DNA of 64,000 bases from Lama guanicoe (Eukaryota). A program made the translations under genes and the position numbers. The stretch is taken from contig MU054391.1 in the NCBI GenBank assembly GCA_013239625.1, forward strand, positions 992,001-1,056,000, written 5' to 3'. The notes below the pieces were generated by a model, which saw only the letters and a list, made by a program, of their open reading frames with translations, had not been told where the DNA came from and did no database searches. Position 1 is the stretch's first letter, and every line of letters begins with the position of its first letter. This document shows positions 24,254 through 35,457 of this stretch, piece by piece.

Positions 24254-27200
24254 TAACAGAAAACCCTGTTCCAGTTCCTCCCCCTGAAAAGGACTCAGCG
24301 TTTACTCCTGTTCATTCTCTGCCACTTCATGTCACCTGCAGTGTTCACACAGCCCTAAGTTTGGGGGGAGGGTCAGAGAAGAAACCCTGGGAAGCCAGCC
24401 TGCCTCCACAAGGAGACTGCGCAGCATGAACACTCGAGAAACGTTTTTAGCAGGTCTAGTCCCCTAGGCACCCTCCTCATCAGCAACGCTGGCCTCTGAG
24501 GACCCGGCGGCCTTTGATGAAGCCCTGCCTGTCACTCTGCTCTGGACCATGAACGGACACACGCACCCTTCACACGAAGCAGCACACACACGTTTTTTGG
24601 TGACTTTTTATTATGTGTCGACTGATGACCGAATACAATGGGAGATGCTGGGAGAACTTAGATCTTTTGCTCAATGATCTGATCTCTTTGAGGAAACAAG
24701 ACAGAATTATATAATGTTTATATATACACATATATATAAACAATGAAACCCTATATGATACATAATCAGATGTGAAATCGTTAATGCAGCTAAAGTACAA
24801 ACATTCCTTCTGGGATGGGATTTGCCAGGGACATCCTCAAGGAGGAGGTATGTGTTAACTTAAAGAATGATTTTGCTGTAATAATTTCCCAGCTGCGATT
24901 AAGAAAGAGACCTTTATAGTATAAAGTTTGTAGATTTTCATTCAAATTTAAGATTTTTTTAAAAAGGGCTAAAGTCTTAATGTGATCAATCCTCTTCCGT
25001 GTTTTAAAAATAAATACCGTCGGTTCTGGTATCAATATTAAAAGTCTTTGTTCTGAGCGGGTGAAGTAAGGCGCCCGTAGTCGGGGGAACGGGAGTTCTG
25101 TGAGCTCTGAAATCTTCACCCGAGAGCCACCGGACGGCACTGTCCCCGTGCGGCCACACCTCCCACTGAAGGTCGCCGGCACTGTAGCTGGTGGACGCTG
25201 CTGGGGACAGCTTCTCACTCTGGCTGTGAGAACTCTGTGTTTATTTCAAAAGGGGCATGATCTGTTCAAGAAACCAAAGCACCGGGTTCCTCTCCAGGGA
25301 CCTGACCCAGCGCATCTTACAAGACAGAACAGCCATGGACTTGCGCACCTTGGGGCTCACCACCCAGAGCACAGACGCAGCCACAGTCTCTCCCCAGAGC
25401 ATCCCTGCCTCCTGTCACCTCACTGGGGACAGAGGAGACCTCAGTCCATGCTTCTGGGTTTACCAGTCAGGACTCAGGCCCTGGGGAGGGAGGCTGTGTC
25501 TGCGATCGGGCACAGCCAGACCACCAATCAGACCTCAAGATCTCAAGCCAGGGCTGCGGGGAGGCCGGGAGGCGGGGAGGGCGGTCTCCCTTCCAGTCCA
25601 GACACAGCTCAGGGCTGCTACTGGGCTGCACCCCGCCCCCCGCATTCCTCCGCGCTTATGACGGAAACAAGACACGGCTGGATGTCTGTCTCTCATGTGA
25701 AAGCATAACCATCAATGAAATTGGAAACTTCAGACATCTGAATAGTTAATCATCTGTTTTCTTCAGCTCTCTTTACTGCTGACTCACACACCCTTTTAAA
25801 CCTGACTGAGAGAGTCTCCCCTACACATAGACCAGAAGACGGAGTCATTCAAGATTTTTTAAAAACAAAAAAACCAAAAAGCATCCAATCTGGTCACAGC
25901 CTTTTCCCGCAACATCACGGTCTTCCCCTTGTCAGGTTTCTAAATCATCTTTTGGCTCTGGGTGATTCTCCACCAGCTTGCTGATGTATTGCATTCTTTT
26001 AATTAAGTTTAAAGCAGAGGGGGAAAAATCAATATTGTTTGATATGTCAGTGACTTTGGAGGGATTCCCAAACCGTTTAACCTGGCCTGAAGTCAGTTTA
26101 TTAGTGCAAAACAGTGGAATGGTCAGTGTGACTTCATGTCAAGAAACACATAAGAGGACTGAATTCACTCAGAAATTCAAGTTCTCTTGTGTGAATGTTT
26201 CTTCTTTGTGCATAATAATTATTTGCAACTGCCTGGGAGTAAAACTAATACGGTATGTTTCAAATATTCGAGTAAGATATAAAACACACAGTTGTTTATG
26301 TGTGAATAGAGACATTTAACTTCTGATTGCTTACAGAACTCTCAGTTTTTATTATAGAACATTTGACATGTAATCTAAATGTGCCTGATTGCTTTGTTCC
26401 ATGAGGAATTACCGATGCAGGGCAGCGTGTTACTCTATAGGCAGCTCTCAGGTGTCTATCAGTTTTAGGCCACACAGGGCTCTCCGTAAGCCAGTCCTGT
26501 TGGAGTCTAATGACACAGGACGTCACCCCAATCTCTCTTTGTGTCTCATCAGCGAGGGTCTGTTATTTCTCCCGGTGATGTACATGGTGGATTCTCCCAC
26601 GGTGAGCAACACACCATAAACAAGGCACATCTTCCCAGACAGTGACGGAGCAGTCTGCTCTCAGCGAGGTGATGAGCTACAGGAACCTCACCCACTGCGC
26701 ATCCTAGGCTGTGTGAGCGCGGGGCCGGGGCGGGAGGGGCTGGACATTCTCAAACCCGTGCAATTTTCCTTAGACGACTCATGGAGAGTCGATGTCCTAT
26801 GAGCTGCTTTCACTCATGAGGAGCCCAGAGCGGTTCTGCATCTCAGTGGTGCTGGCGGGAATCAGGGCGAGGACCCGCTGCGCAGCCCCATCTTCTGCCC
26901 CAGGACCCCGGTACAGAAGTCAGGCTCACACCGTCCTCTCTGCCTCCATCAGCTCCAAACGCTGCTTCTCTGCCCTCCGAGTGGCCCTGTGTTTCATCTC
27001 TCTCAATTCTTCTCTTTTCTCTGTTTCCTACTCTCTGCCGCCCATGTCCCTCCGTCGTTTCTCCTTCCTCTGTGTCGCATTTTCTCTCTACAGAAGGAAC
27101 GTTGTTTGAAACAGACACATGGAAGGTTCCTTTTGAACTCCAGTGGGCCCCGTCCCACCTCTGTGGGTAAGCATCTTTATTTTCTCATCATTTTATTAGC

Positions 27201-29224
27201 AAATACTCAACTCACACTTCTGGGCCCAACCCTGTGCCAGGCTCTGCTTGGTGAGCACAGCCATTCTAAACATTAATTGAGAAGTTAAATATGGGAGCTC
27301 CATGTGGATCCCCCACAGCCCCCAAGTTTTCAGTTCACGTGACCGTGATCGAACAGAAAACTGAATACATCCCGTGCTAGGCCCCGAGCTAGATCCAGAT
27401 GACACCAAAACTAAAAAAGAAAAAAACTGGCTTCATACGGCGTGAAAGTCAGGTCATGAACAGCCCTCCGTCTACTCAGAAACCTTCACTCACAACAGGC
27501 TGACGGCACGTCCATCAGTGGCCTTCCAAGACTGGTAGCCCAAGCGCACTTCACAACTGTCGCAAAAAACGCACATACCAGCGCCGGAAGAACAAACTGA
27601 TGCAGCAGTGTCATCACAAATGCAAAGCACTGGACACAAGCTAACTCTGCACACAGGTACGTAGACTTGAGGTTGAAATTTTGGCAGACTGAACACACGA
27701 GTGAGTAACGAACTGACTAGTCAGTAAGAGTTGTCTAAATACTCAGAAGGCTTTGTGCAAAGTGGCAGGACAGACACAGAGATGCGTCTCGGTTTGTCCT
27801 TCCCTGGGAGCCTGGTCCTCCCTACACGGGGAGCTCTGGCAGCGGGGGCCCCTCTTCCTCTGAGATGACGAGGAGGCGGGGCCGCGGCACGTCTGTTTTT
27901 GCCAGGCTTCAGACTGGGATGTCAGCCGGCGGTGAGCGCTGCCGCCAAGTGTGCTGATGGAGGCACACGCCTGTGCTGCTGTCTGCTTAAGGGGACAATG
28001 AGTCCTTTCCTTCCCTGGAAAGACAGACAGCTTTGTGTGCTCGAATGGCTGGGACTGAGCAAAAAGCACAAGCCTGATCAAACACTGCTAACTCTTCAAG
28101 AATGTCATCCGGAACTCGGCTGACGTCGAGGCCGTTCACCGGATTACAGGCGTGCTCGGGCGCAAGCACGGTCTGACGTGCGCGCGAGGTCCCGGGGAGA
28201 GGGGCCAGCCGCCTGCTTTAACGAGCAGGACTTCTAACGCACAGGCAAAGCGCTCCGCACGTGGGGGCTGTTCGCGAACGCCCCTCAGCCTCAGGCGGCG
28301 CCGCGTTCCTGTTGTGGACGCGCGTGTCTGGTCAGCTTACATCTACCACGTGCCTGAGAGCCAGCATCAGGCGCCATCCTTCATCCTGGGTTAAAAACGA
28401 TAAAAAAAAAAAATAGCCATCACCACAGTAACAGGGTTCCTGAAGCCTCTCTCACGCTTCACGAGCACGGTCTTACTCTGTTCTGACAGTAACCTTGGCC
28501 AGCATACTGCCTTCAGGTCGTGCGCCCTCTTACGCACGCAGGTATAGAGCCGTCTGCCAAAAAAGTGGACACTTTCAGGGGAGAATGGCAGCGGCATGAC
28601 TGCCTGGCTCACATCTGGGGGAAGCCCTGTGATTCCCTGGTCCTCCGTGGGGCGCCGCTCCCGCGTCCTCGGTCCTGCCCCGCCTGCCCCCACCGTCCCT
28701 CCCTCACACCCTCAAAGCGCCGAGCACCATCTCCGCGCAGACAAGGGCTCAGGAAGTTCCTGTCGCTGATTTTTGCTTACCAAACTGCGAGAAAGAGCAA
28801 CGTAGTCAAAACTCAAAAATCACTGTTACTGTTTCAAAGGAAAAGCCGCCAACCTTTCCTTAGACTTGGGCTGGAGGCGGGAGCCCGGCTCCTGAGTGGG
28901 AGTCACTACCGTGGGTTTATTCCGGCTGAAGGAACGCACTCGGGTGGCGCAGGGACCGTGTTAGGACGGTTCTCGGCAGCTCGCGCTGGTCAGGCACGGG
29001 CATCCTGCAGAATTCCACGCTGGGAGCAATTTATTTATCCCGGAAGCCAAGGGGAGACTTTAAAAACCAAACCAAAACAACGTAAGAGCCAGCTTATCAG
29101 AAAATGAGCACAGTTCACGGCTGGGTGGGCAGTAAGCACCTACGTCAGTGAGAATGTTATTTGCCACTTTCCTTCTCAGGAGAGCAGCGCAGGGGACAGG
29201 ATACCCTCTCAAGGATTGTACTCA

Positions 29225-29722
29225 GCACAGCTGCCCACAGGGGGACACCCCACCTGGCCCCACCAGGGTCCCACTCAGGCACAGCTGCCCACAGGGGGAC
29301 ACCCCATCTGGCCCCACCAGGGTCCCAGTCAGGCACAGCTGCCCACAGGGGGACACCCCACGTGGCCCCGCCAGGGTCCCAGTCAGGCACAGCTGCCCAC
29401 AGGGGGACACCCCACGTGGCCCCGCCAGGGTCCCAGTCAGGCACAGCTGCCCACAGGGGGACAACCCACGTGGCCCCGCCAGGGTCCCAGTCAGGCACAG
29501 CTGCCCACAGGGGGACACCCCACGTGGCCCCGCCAGGGTCCCAGTCAGGCACAGCTGCCCACAGGGGGACACCCCACCTGGCCCCGCCAGGGTCCCAGTC
29601 AGGCACAGCTGCCCACAGGGGGACACCCCACGTGGCCCCGCCAGGGTCCCAGTCAGGCACAGCTGCCCACAGGGGGACACCCCACGTGGCCCCACCAGGG
29701 TCCCACTCAGGCACAGCTGCCC
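29225..29722. repeat. GC-rich minisatellite (VNTR), 54-bp unit x about 9.2
   Basis: Unit gcacagctgcccacagggggacaccccacgtggccccgccagggtcccagtcag. Nine full copies plus a 12-bp partial copy, with 0-3 differences per unit. Confidence 0.98.
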
Positions 29723-32719
29723 CTGCGACAGCCAGTCAGCAATGATTGGGTTTCCTTTTTCGTATTTTTGATTTGCAGTGTCTCTTGAAGACTCTTTTGA
29801 CGAGAACAGAAATTTGAATTGGGATTATGTGGAAGCAGCAAATAAATATGACACCAGCAGGTAAACTAAGATGTTGCAGCCATACTGGATCTAACAGATT
29901 AACAATATGAGCTGTTTACACCCCAAATCACTCTAGTGATCAAACAAGCATCTACTGAACACCTTTTATGTGTGTGAGGCACCTGAAAATCCACGTAGTG
30001 GAAATCGATATGCTTAAGGTAAAATGCGTATTCCCCAGGAAACACCGCCTGGTTTTTGGCAGGAACACTCTCACCGACAGCAGCCTGGGGAGCCAGGCGG
30101 CTGGAGTGCCGGCTGGGGAGCGGTGCCCCAGTGCTGGGCACTGAGCAAGAGGAGGGACGGCGCCTGGCGTGTGGCGTGCGTTCACACGGGAACAGGGACC
30201 TGAGCTTCGGAAAGAGGGTGGTGACTTAGACCGCGGTCTCCCACCGTCCACACCCAGCGCCTGATCGGGGCTTCCATCCTAGCGGTCTGCCCCATCCTCT
30301 TCACTCTTACTAATAACAAGCAGGAGGCCACCACTTTTCTCCCCTTTTCTTTCTTAATCTTTTAATCCTTCCAGCTCGCGCCTGAAGACGTTTCCCAGAG
30401 CAAGGCCCTTGGTGCCTGCGTCTCCGGTTGTACGAAACGCTGGGCAGAGTTTATTCTGGGACATCTGGAACTCAGACTCGCTTTGGAGACCAGGTGAGAC
30501 TGACAATGACGGCTGCGTGTCCCACCACACAGCCCCGCACAGTCGGTAGCCCCGTCACCACCCAGGCAGAGCCCAGCAGCGGACAGAAGGGGCACTGTGA
30601 ATGCCACTTAGATGCTGCGGGCAGAGCGTGCAACCTGTGTGTCGCCACGCACGGTCCACTTAAGTGGGCCAGGCGGACTCCAGGCATCCTTACATCAGGC
30701 GGCCAAAAGGGGCACCTTAAGCCAGCGTTTGGTTTAAAACACGTAGAAATGAAGTCTGATATCTGAATATCGATTTTCCCGGAGTAAGTTTGATTCAGCG
30801 CGGCCACACTGCTTACGATGCTAAAACAAAAGCTGGGTTTTGAAATGACCATAAGCACAGAGGACCCTTCGCTGCCTGCGGAGCCGACGCTTCCCTGAGC
30901 CTTCTCCGCCCTGAGGTCACTGCCGCCGACGGAGCTGCACAGGGGTCCGGGGGCGCCTCGCTCTCCGTGACGACCTCCCCAAGCCCAGGGTCAGTCTGTC
31001 CCACTGGACCCCAATGCCAGAGCAGTGACACCTCCGCGCCCGGACGAGAGGAGGTCAAAGAGGCCTCTCTGCCGTACAACGCTCTCTCTGAGAGCACGGA
31101 GCTCCCGGAATTCTGTGCCCAGCCTCCTCCTGGCTCCATCCTGGCCCCTGCCCTGGGGGGAAGGAGAACGGGGGTGTGTGTGGGGGGGCTTCTCCTTTCC
31201 AGGAGTCAGTTTAGCCTCTGTCCCAGCGCTGACACCGGTTGCCCGGAATAAGCCTTGGGGCTTGGGTTTGCAAGGGCCCTTCTCAGCTGCTTGCACTCAA
31301 GTGGCAGATCCACAACTACTTATTTTTTAAGTGGTATCAAATGGTCCGAATGAGGCAGAACACACTTGCTGAGTAAGTAGATGAAGGAAAATGAAGTGTG
31401 TGGAAGGCTGGGATTTTCAAATAGGACGTGGACATCTGACTGATGAAATTTGTATTCAGGGAGTTTAGAGGCAACCACGGTTTTACAGGATGTCTCCCAG
31501 TGATTCAGGGAGAAGTCAGGGCACAGCCGCTCATCCAAGCGTCCTACGCACCTGTGAGCTGCTTTCCAGGCAAGGGCAGCTCGCCTGTTTCCAAAGATTA
31601 AGGGACACGGTGTCAACACAGACTGAAATGAGGTGGTCACCACTCTTGGGGTAAATAACTCTGCGTTGAATCAGGATGGAAAATCTGGGGCTTGCAAGGT
31701 CCCCACAAAAGATGGCATGTCAGTCACTCCAACAGCCGCAAAGAGGGCGCTGTGTTCCATCTCTCCCACCAGCCTCTCCAGGGTCAACGGGGTTGCTGAG
31801 AACCAACCGTGTCTCCTGTTTGGGCATGAACAAGACACCCCAAGAGCAGCATATTGTAGCCTCTCAGGGGAGGTCGTGCCTTCAAACAAACAACTGTGAA
31901 TGAGAGGGAGGCAGTGGTAAGACCACAGAGATAAACGCTGCACAGGCTCAGGGGGAAGGGCTGGGTTTCCTCCAGAAGGAACAGGTGGACCTTTGTGGAG
32001 AAGTGTCACGTGAACCAGCCTTGGGAGGGTGGACAGGGTGTGTCTGTGGACCCCAGGATGGACAGGCAGCCAGGAGGGGTAGCGTGAGCGGGGGAGAGTC
32101 GCCCTGAAGAGGACCGCACAGGGATGAGAAGCAGGCTTGAGAAGGGGTGTTGGGTTCACTGCTGTAGAACTGGGGGACCCTGGTGGTTGCGAGCATGAAT
32201 GCGCCGAACAGAACTTCGGGACAATCAACCCGCAAACAGAAGGTCAGGTGCGTCTGCACGTGTGTGCGCGGTCTGCGTGGGGCACTCAGGGCTTCTGTAA
32301 GAGTCACAGGAAGATAAGGATGGTCTACTCTAAAAAAGCGGTAGAAGAGCGGGGAGAAGCAGTTGGGAAGCTATTTTGGAGACAGAATTGGCAGGAAGCA
32401 GCCGCTGATTGGCTGCCAGATTCATCATCCCGAAGAATAGCTCGGGCCCTGTCACTCAGCGGCACAAAGACCTTCAGTGGCTTCCCATTATCTGCAGAGC
32501 AAAGTCACCGTCTCATCCCGCTGGCTTCCAGTGAGTGTGACCGGCGTGTCCCCCGTGGCCGGCCCCAACCTGGGCTTCAGGTCTGTGCTCCACTCCACCC
32601 ATCCTCACTGCAGAAATGGTCTCCAAATACCCCCACCCGAAAGCGGGCGCTTCCTCCCAGAGGCGCTCCTCGCCTTCCTCTCCCTGTTGGCATTCTTGCC
32701 CCTCTTGTCTAGTTGCCCG

Positions 32720-32995
32720 TGGAACTTTTACTTTCCCCTCAAGGATGACCTCAAAACGACCGTTTTCACGGATCCTCACCCCAGCCTTGCCTCTCCCTTC
32801 TCTGAGAACTCTTCACACATAATCTGTAGCTCCTTTTCATTTGTATCAAATTTCAAATTGCACTTGAGTCATTTATAAATCTGCATTGTCTTCCCTGTCG
32901 GTCCGTACAGTTTCTGAGAACAGAGAGTGGTTCTGATGTGTTTTCTTAGAACCATGGCATCTAATATGATCAGGAACTGGTTGAGGAAACAGATG
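32720..32995 (+). mobile_element. LINE-2 3' end fragment
   Basis: 'ttgtcttccctgtcggtccgtacagtttctgagaacagagagtggttctgatgtgttttc...catggcatctaatatgat' resembles a decayed L2 tail. Confidence 0.4.
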
Positions 32996-33039
32996 AGAGA
33001 ATAATTACACAGACAACTTTCTGACGGAAGGGAACTTAC

Positions 33040-33055
33040 AGCAAGATGCCTCTAC
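33040..33055 (-). other. Candidate microexon (16 nt, or 12 nt using the second AG at 33052-33053)
   Basis: Minus strand reads 'ttcttcccgttttctccttttttattggctgcgttttgtttgctgcctatag|GTAGAGGCATCTTGCT|gtaagt'. It has a long AG-free pyrimidine tract, UGC motifs near the 3' splice site and a consensus gtaagt donor. Confidence 0.4.
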
Positions 33056-34744
33056 CTATAGGCAGCAAACAAAACGCAGCCAATAAAAAAGGAGAAAACG
33101 GGAAGAACTTCCTCCTGAGCCCCGTCTGCGGACACACGGTCCCCCGCTGGGTGAGACTGAAACTCCGAGGCCTCATCTCCCAGCCCCTGCTGACACCTCC
33201 CCTCACCAGACTTTTTGCCTCCAGATTCTGATCTGAACGAGCAGGTGGAATCCGATTTAAGACCACGGACGACCAGGGAGGAACTCAAGGCTTTGATAAC
33301 CCAGATCCCAGAGGAATCAGAAAAGGAGGCTGATGGTAAATCCGAGCCGACGGAGCGTGGGCACATGGACACAGACCACATGGCAGCTTCCGCGGGCCCA
33401 GTCACACGTGCGCCGGAGTCCGCCCCGCGCCTGCAGGCTGATGTGTCCAGACGGGGACGGGGCCCGGCAGCCGGATCGGGTGACCGCCCTGCCTCATCTA
33501 ATAAGCACTCTCCCACTCTCCTTAGGCTTCGCGGAAATGGACCCGAGGTGTGGGAGGCCCAGCACAGCTGACCTCCAGCGGGGCCAAGGGGGAGCCCTGC
33601 ACCGCCTTCCTCATGCTGGATGAAGTGCCGGACGGCGGCGACTGCAGAGCGAGGACTGGCGGCGGTGTCCCTCGCCTGGGCGCCCCATCGGGCTGCCATC
33701 GGTGTGAAACACTCTAGAGCCGTGTGCGTCCAGGCCCCCAGCCCCTCGCTCCTGCTGCCGGGTCTGGCTCCGGGGAGCAGGAACGAATGGGGACACGCAG
33801 CCGCCCTCTGTCCCCTGTCCCCACACGTGAGGAGCCCCTCCCAGTTACGCACACGGCATGCCAGCTTTGCTTTAGACTTGAAGTCTCCTTCGAGACGCGT
33901 GTTTGGTGGAGCAGACGCCCCACCAAGGAAGCGAGTCTCTGGCCTCAGATTAGCTAAGCAAGTTGTCCAGCAGAGACTGGCGACCAGCGACTGGACACGC
34001 AGCAACCAGGGGGCCGGGGCGGGCGCGGCCGCATCTCCTCGCAGCCTGTGGGTCCCTGGGCGGGTCGTGCCTCGGCCTGCGCTGCGCGTGCGGCATCGCG
34101 CTCCAGTACAGGCACTGAGGGTCTAACCGTGCATGTGACCACGCTCCCTGCGCGAAGCTCGGATCCTCAGGTGGCAGTGAGATGCGCCTGCAACCTCCAG
34201 CCACTGTGCGAGATGCTACCTCAGGCGCCTGGGCTTTGGGAAGCAGATTCGTGGGAAGGGCGGAGTCTAAGGGGCCCAAGGGCACAAGGCGAGACCTGGG
34301 ACTCCAGGTGCAAGGACGCCCCCCCAGGAGGGGCTCCCAGAGGGCCCGCGGCTGCGGCAGCGCCGCCTGCTGGACTTCTGAGGACCTGAGCACAGGTAGT
34401 AAGTCTGACATCCTGAGTGCCGCTCTAGATGAGCGTGATTTAGGTGTATTAATTAGTTTGAAATGACTATTTCTTTTCCTTTTGCAAAAGTTAGGAATCC
34501 TGCAAGGAGGAGGAAGGCTAGACATCTCCCTCCAAGAGCCGGGACGGAAAAAAGACCCTCCTTGACGTCCCAGTGGACCTCAGAGGAGCCTCGGGGACGG
34601 GGAGGACGGGCTCCCACTGCAAAGAGCCTCAGGGCGTGGCCCCAGCGCCGTGCTGGTCCCACCCTGGACTGAAATGAGTGAAGCAGTATTTATACTTCTG
34701 TTCTAGAGACACTGTACATTTTTTCCCTCATAGTGCTGCTTCCT

Positions 34745-34806
34745 TTATTTTTTTAATTAAAACATTTGTTTTAATTGAAGTGTAGTCAGTTACCATGTGT
34801 CAATCT
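34745..34806 (-). mobile_element. Very short L1 3' terminal fragment (camelid/artiodactyl type)
   Basis: 'ttttaattgaagtgtagtcagttaccatgtgtcaat' matches the antisense L1 terminus 'ttattgaagtatagtcagtttacaatgttgtgtcaat'. Confidence 0.6.
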
Positions 34807-35191
34807 GTGAGTCATGTTTAAATGTGATCTTAACATAGAGGAACAAGCCATTACTAATTTGAAAGCCGCAAGGAAGCCGGAATGGCACAGCCCATTTCTC
34901 TTCACACACAATTTTACAAACACGTTTAGGGCACAACCCTCACCCTGGCATGGAGCTCGTTACAAACTTACCTCTGTAACCTCCCTCCCTCCCTCTGTGA
35001 AAAACAGGACACTCCCTAACTCTTTTCATCACGTCTTTAAGTTTGTAACAGTTTTAGGAGACAGCTCATGGGATTGTTTTTGAAAACCACAGGACGAAAG
35101 GTCCTTACTCTTTCATTTAGTAGAAATGATAAACCTCGATTGTCTCATATTTAATTTTTTAAACTTTATATATTCGTTTATGTTTTAATTT

Positions 35192-35315
35192 GGGGGGGAG
35201 GTAATTCGGCTCATTTATTTATTTACTCATTTATTTTAAGTGGAGGCAGTGGGGGTTGAGCCCGGGACCTCGCATGAGCCAAGCACACGCTCCACCACTG
35301 AGCTGCGCCCTCCCC
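35192..35315 (-). mobile_element. tRNA-derived camelid SINE, second monomer
   Basis: Minus strand reads 'ggggagggcgcagctcagtggtggagcgtgtgcttggctcatgcgaggtcccgggctcaacccccactgcctccac...aaataaataaatgagccgaattacctccccccc'. It has an A-box, a B-box and the characteristic 'aattacctcccc' tail. Confidence 0.85.
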
Positions 35316-35325
35316 GGTGAAAGTC

Positions 35326-35457
35326 TGTTTTGCTTTGTTTTTTGTTTTGGAGGAGGGGTACCTAGGTTTGTTCATTTGTTTACGTGATGGGGGGCTGGGG
35401 TTGAACCCAGGACCATGTCTGCTAAGCACACGCTCTGCCCCTGAGCTGCGCCTTCCC
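35326..35457 (-). mobile_element. tRNA-derived camelid SINE, first monomer with A-rich linker
   Basis: Minus strand reads 'gggaaggcgcagctcaggggcagagcgtgtgcttagcagacatggtcctgggttcaacccc...aaacctaggtacccctcctccaaaacaaaaaac'. Confidence 0.85.

Noticed and set aside
27712-27725. Perfect 14-bp palindrome actgactagtcagt
   Set aside because: A few palindromes of this length are expected by chance in 64 kb, and there is no supporting context.
29225-29722. CRISPR-like array or tandem CTCF array
   Set aside because: Units are contiguous with no unique spacers and the DNA is mammalian. 'cccacagggggaca' mismatches the CTCF core at several key positions.
29148-29788. Five long overlapping ORFs with 18-aa repeats (e.g. 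HSCPQGDTPRGPARVPVR)
   Set aside because: Artefact of a 54-bp (multiple of 3), stop-poor minisatellite. Nothing favours any one frame.
33052-34005. Longest ORF (317 aa, minus strand)
   Set aside because: Ala/Arg/Gly/Pro/Ser-rich, no recognisable domain, overlapped by ORFs in other frames. Expected by chance in GC-rich DNA.
35192-35457. Possible tRNA genes (A-box and B-box)
   Set aside because: These are the tRNA-derived heads of SINEs, with SINE tails and flanking TSD.
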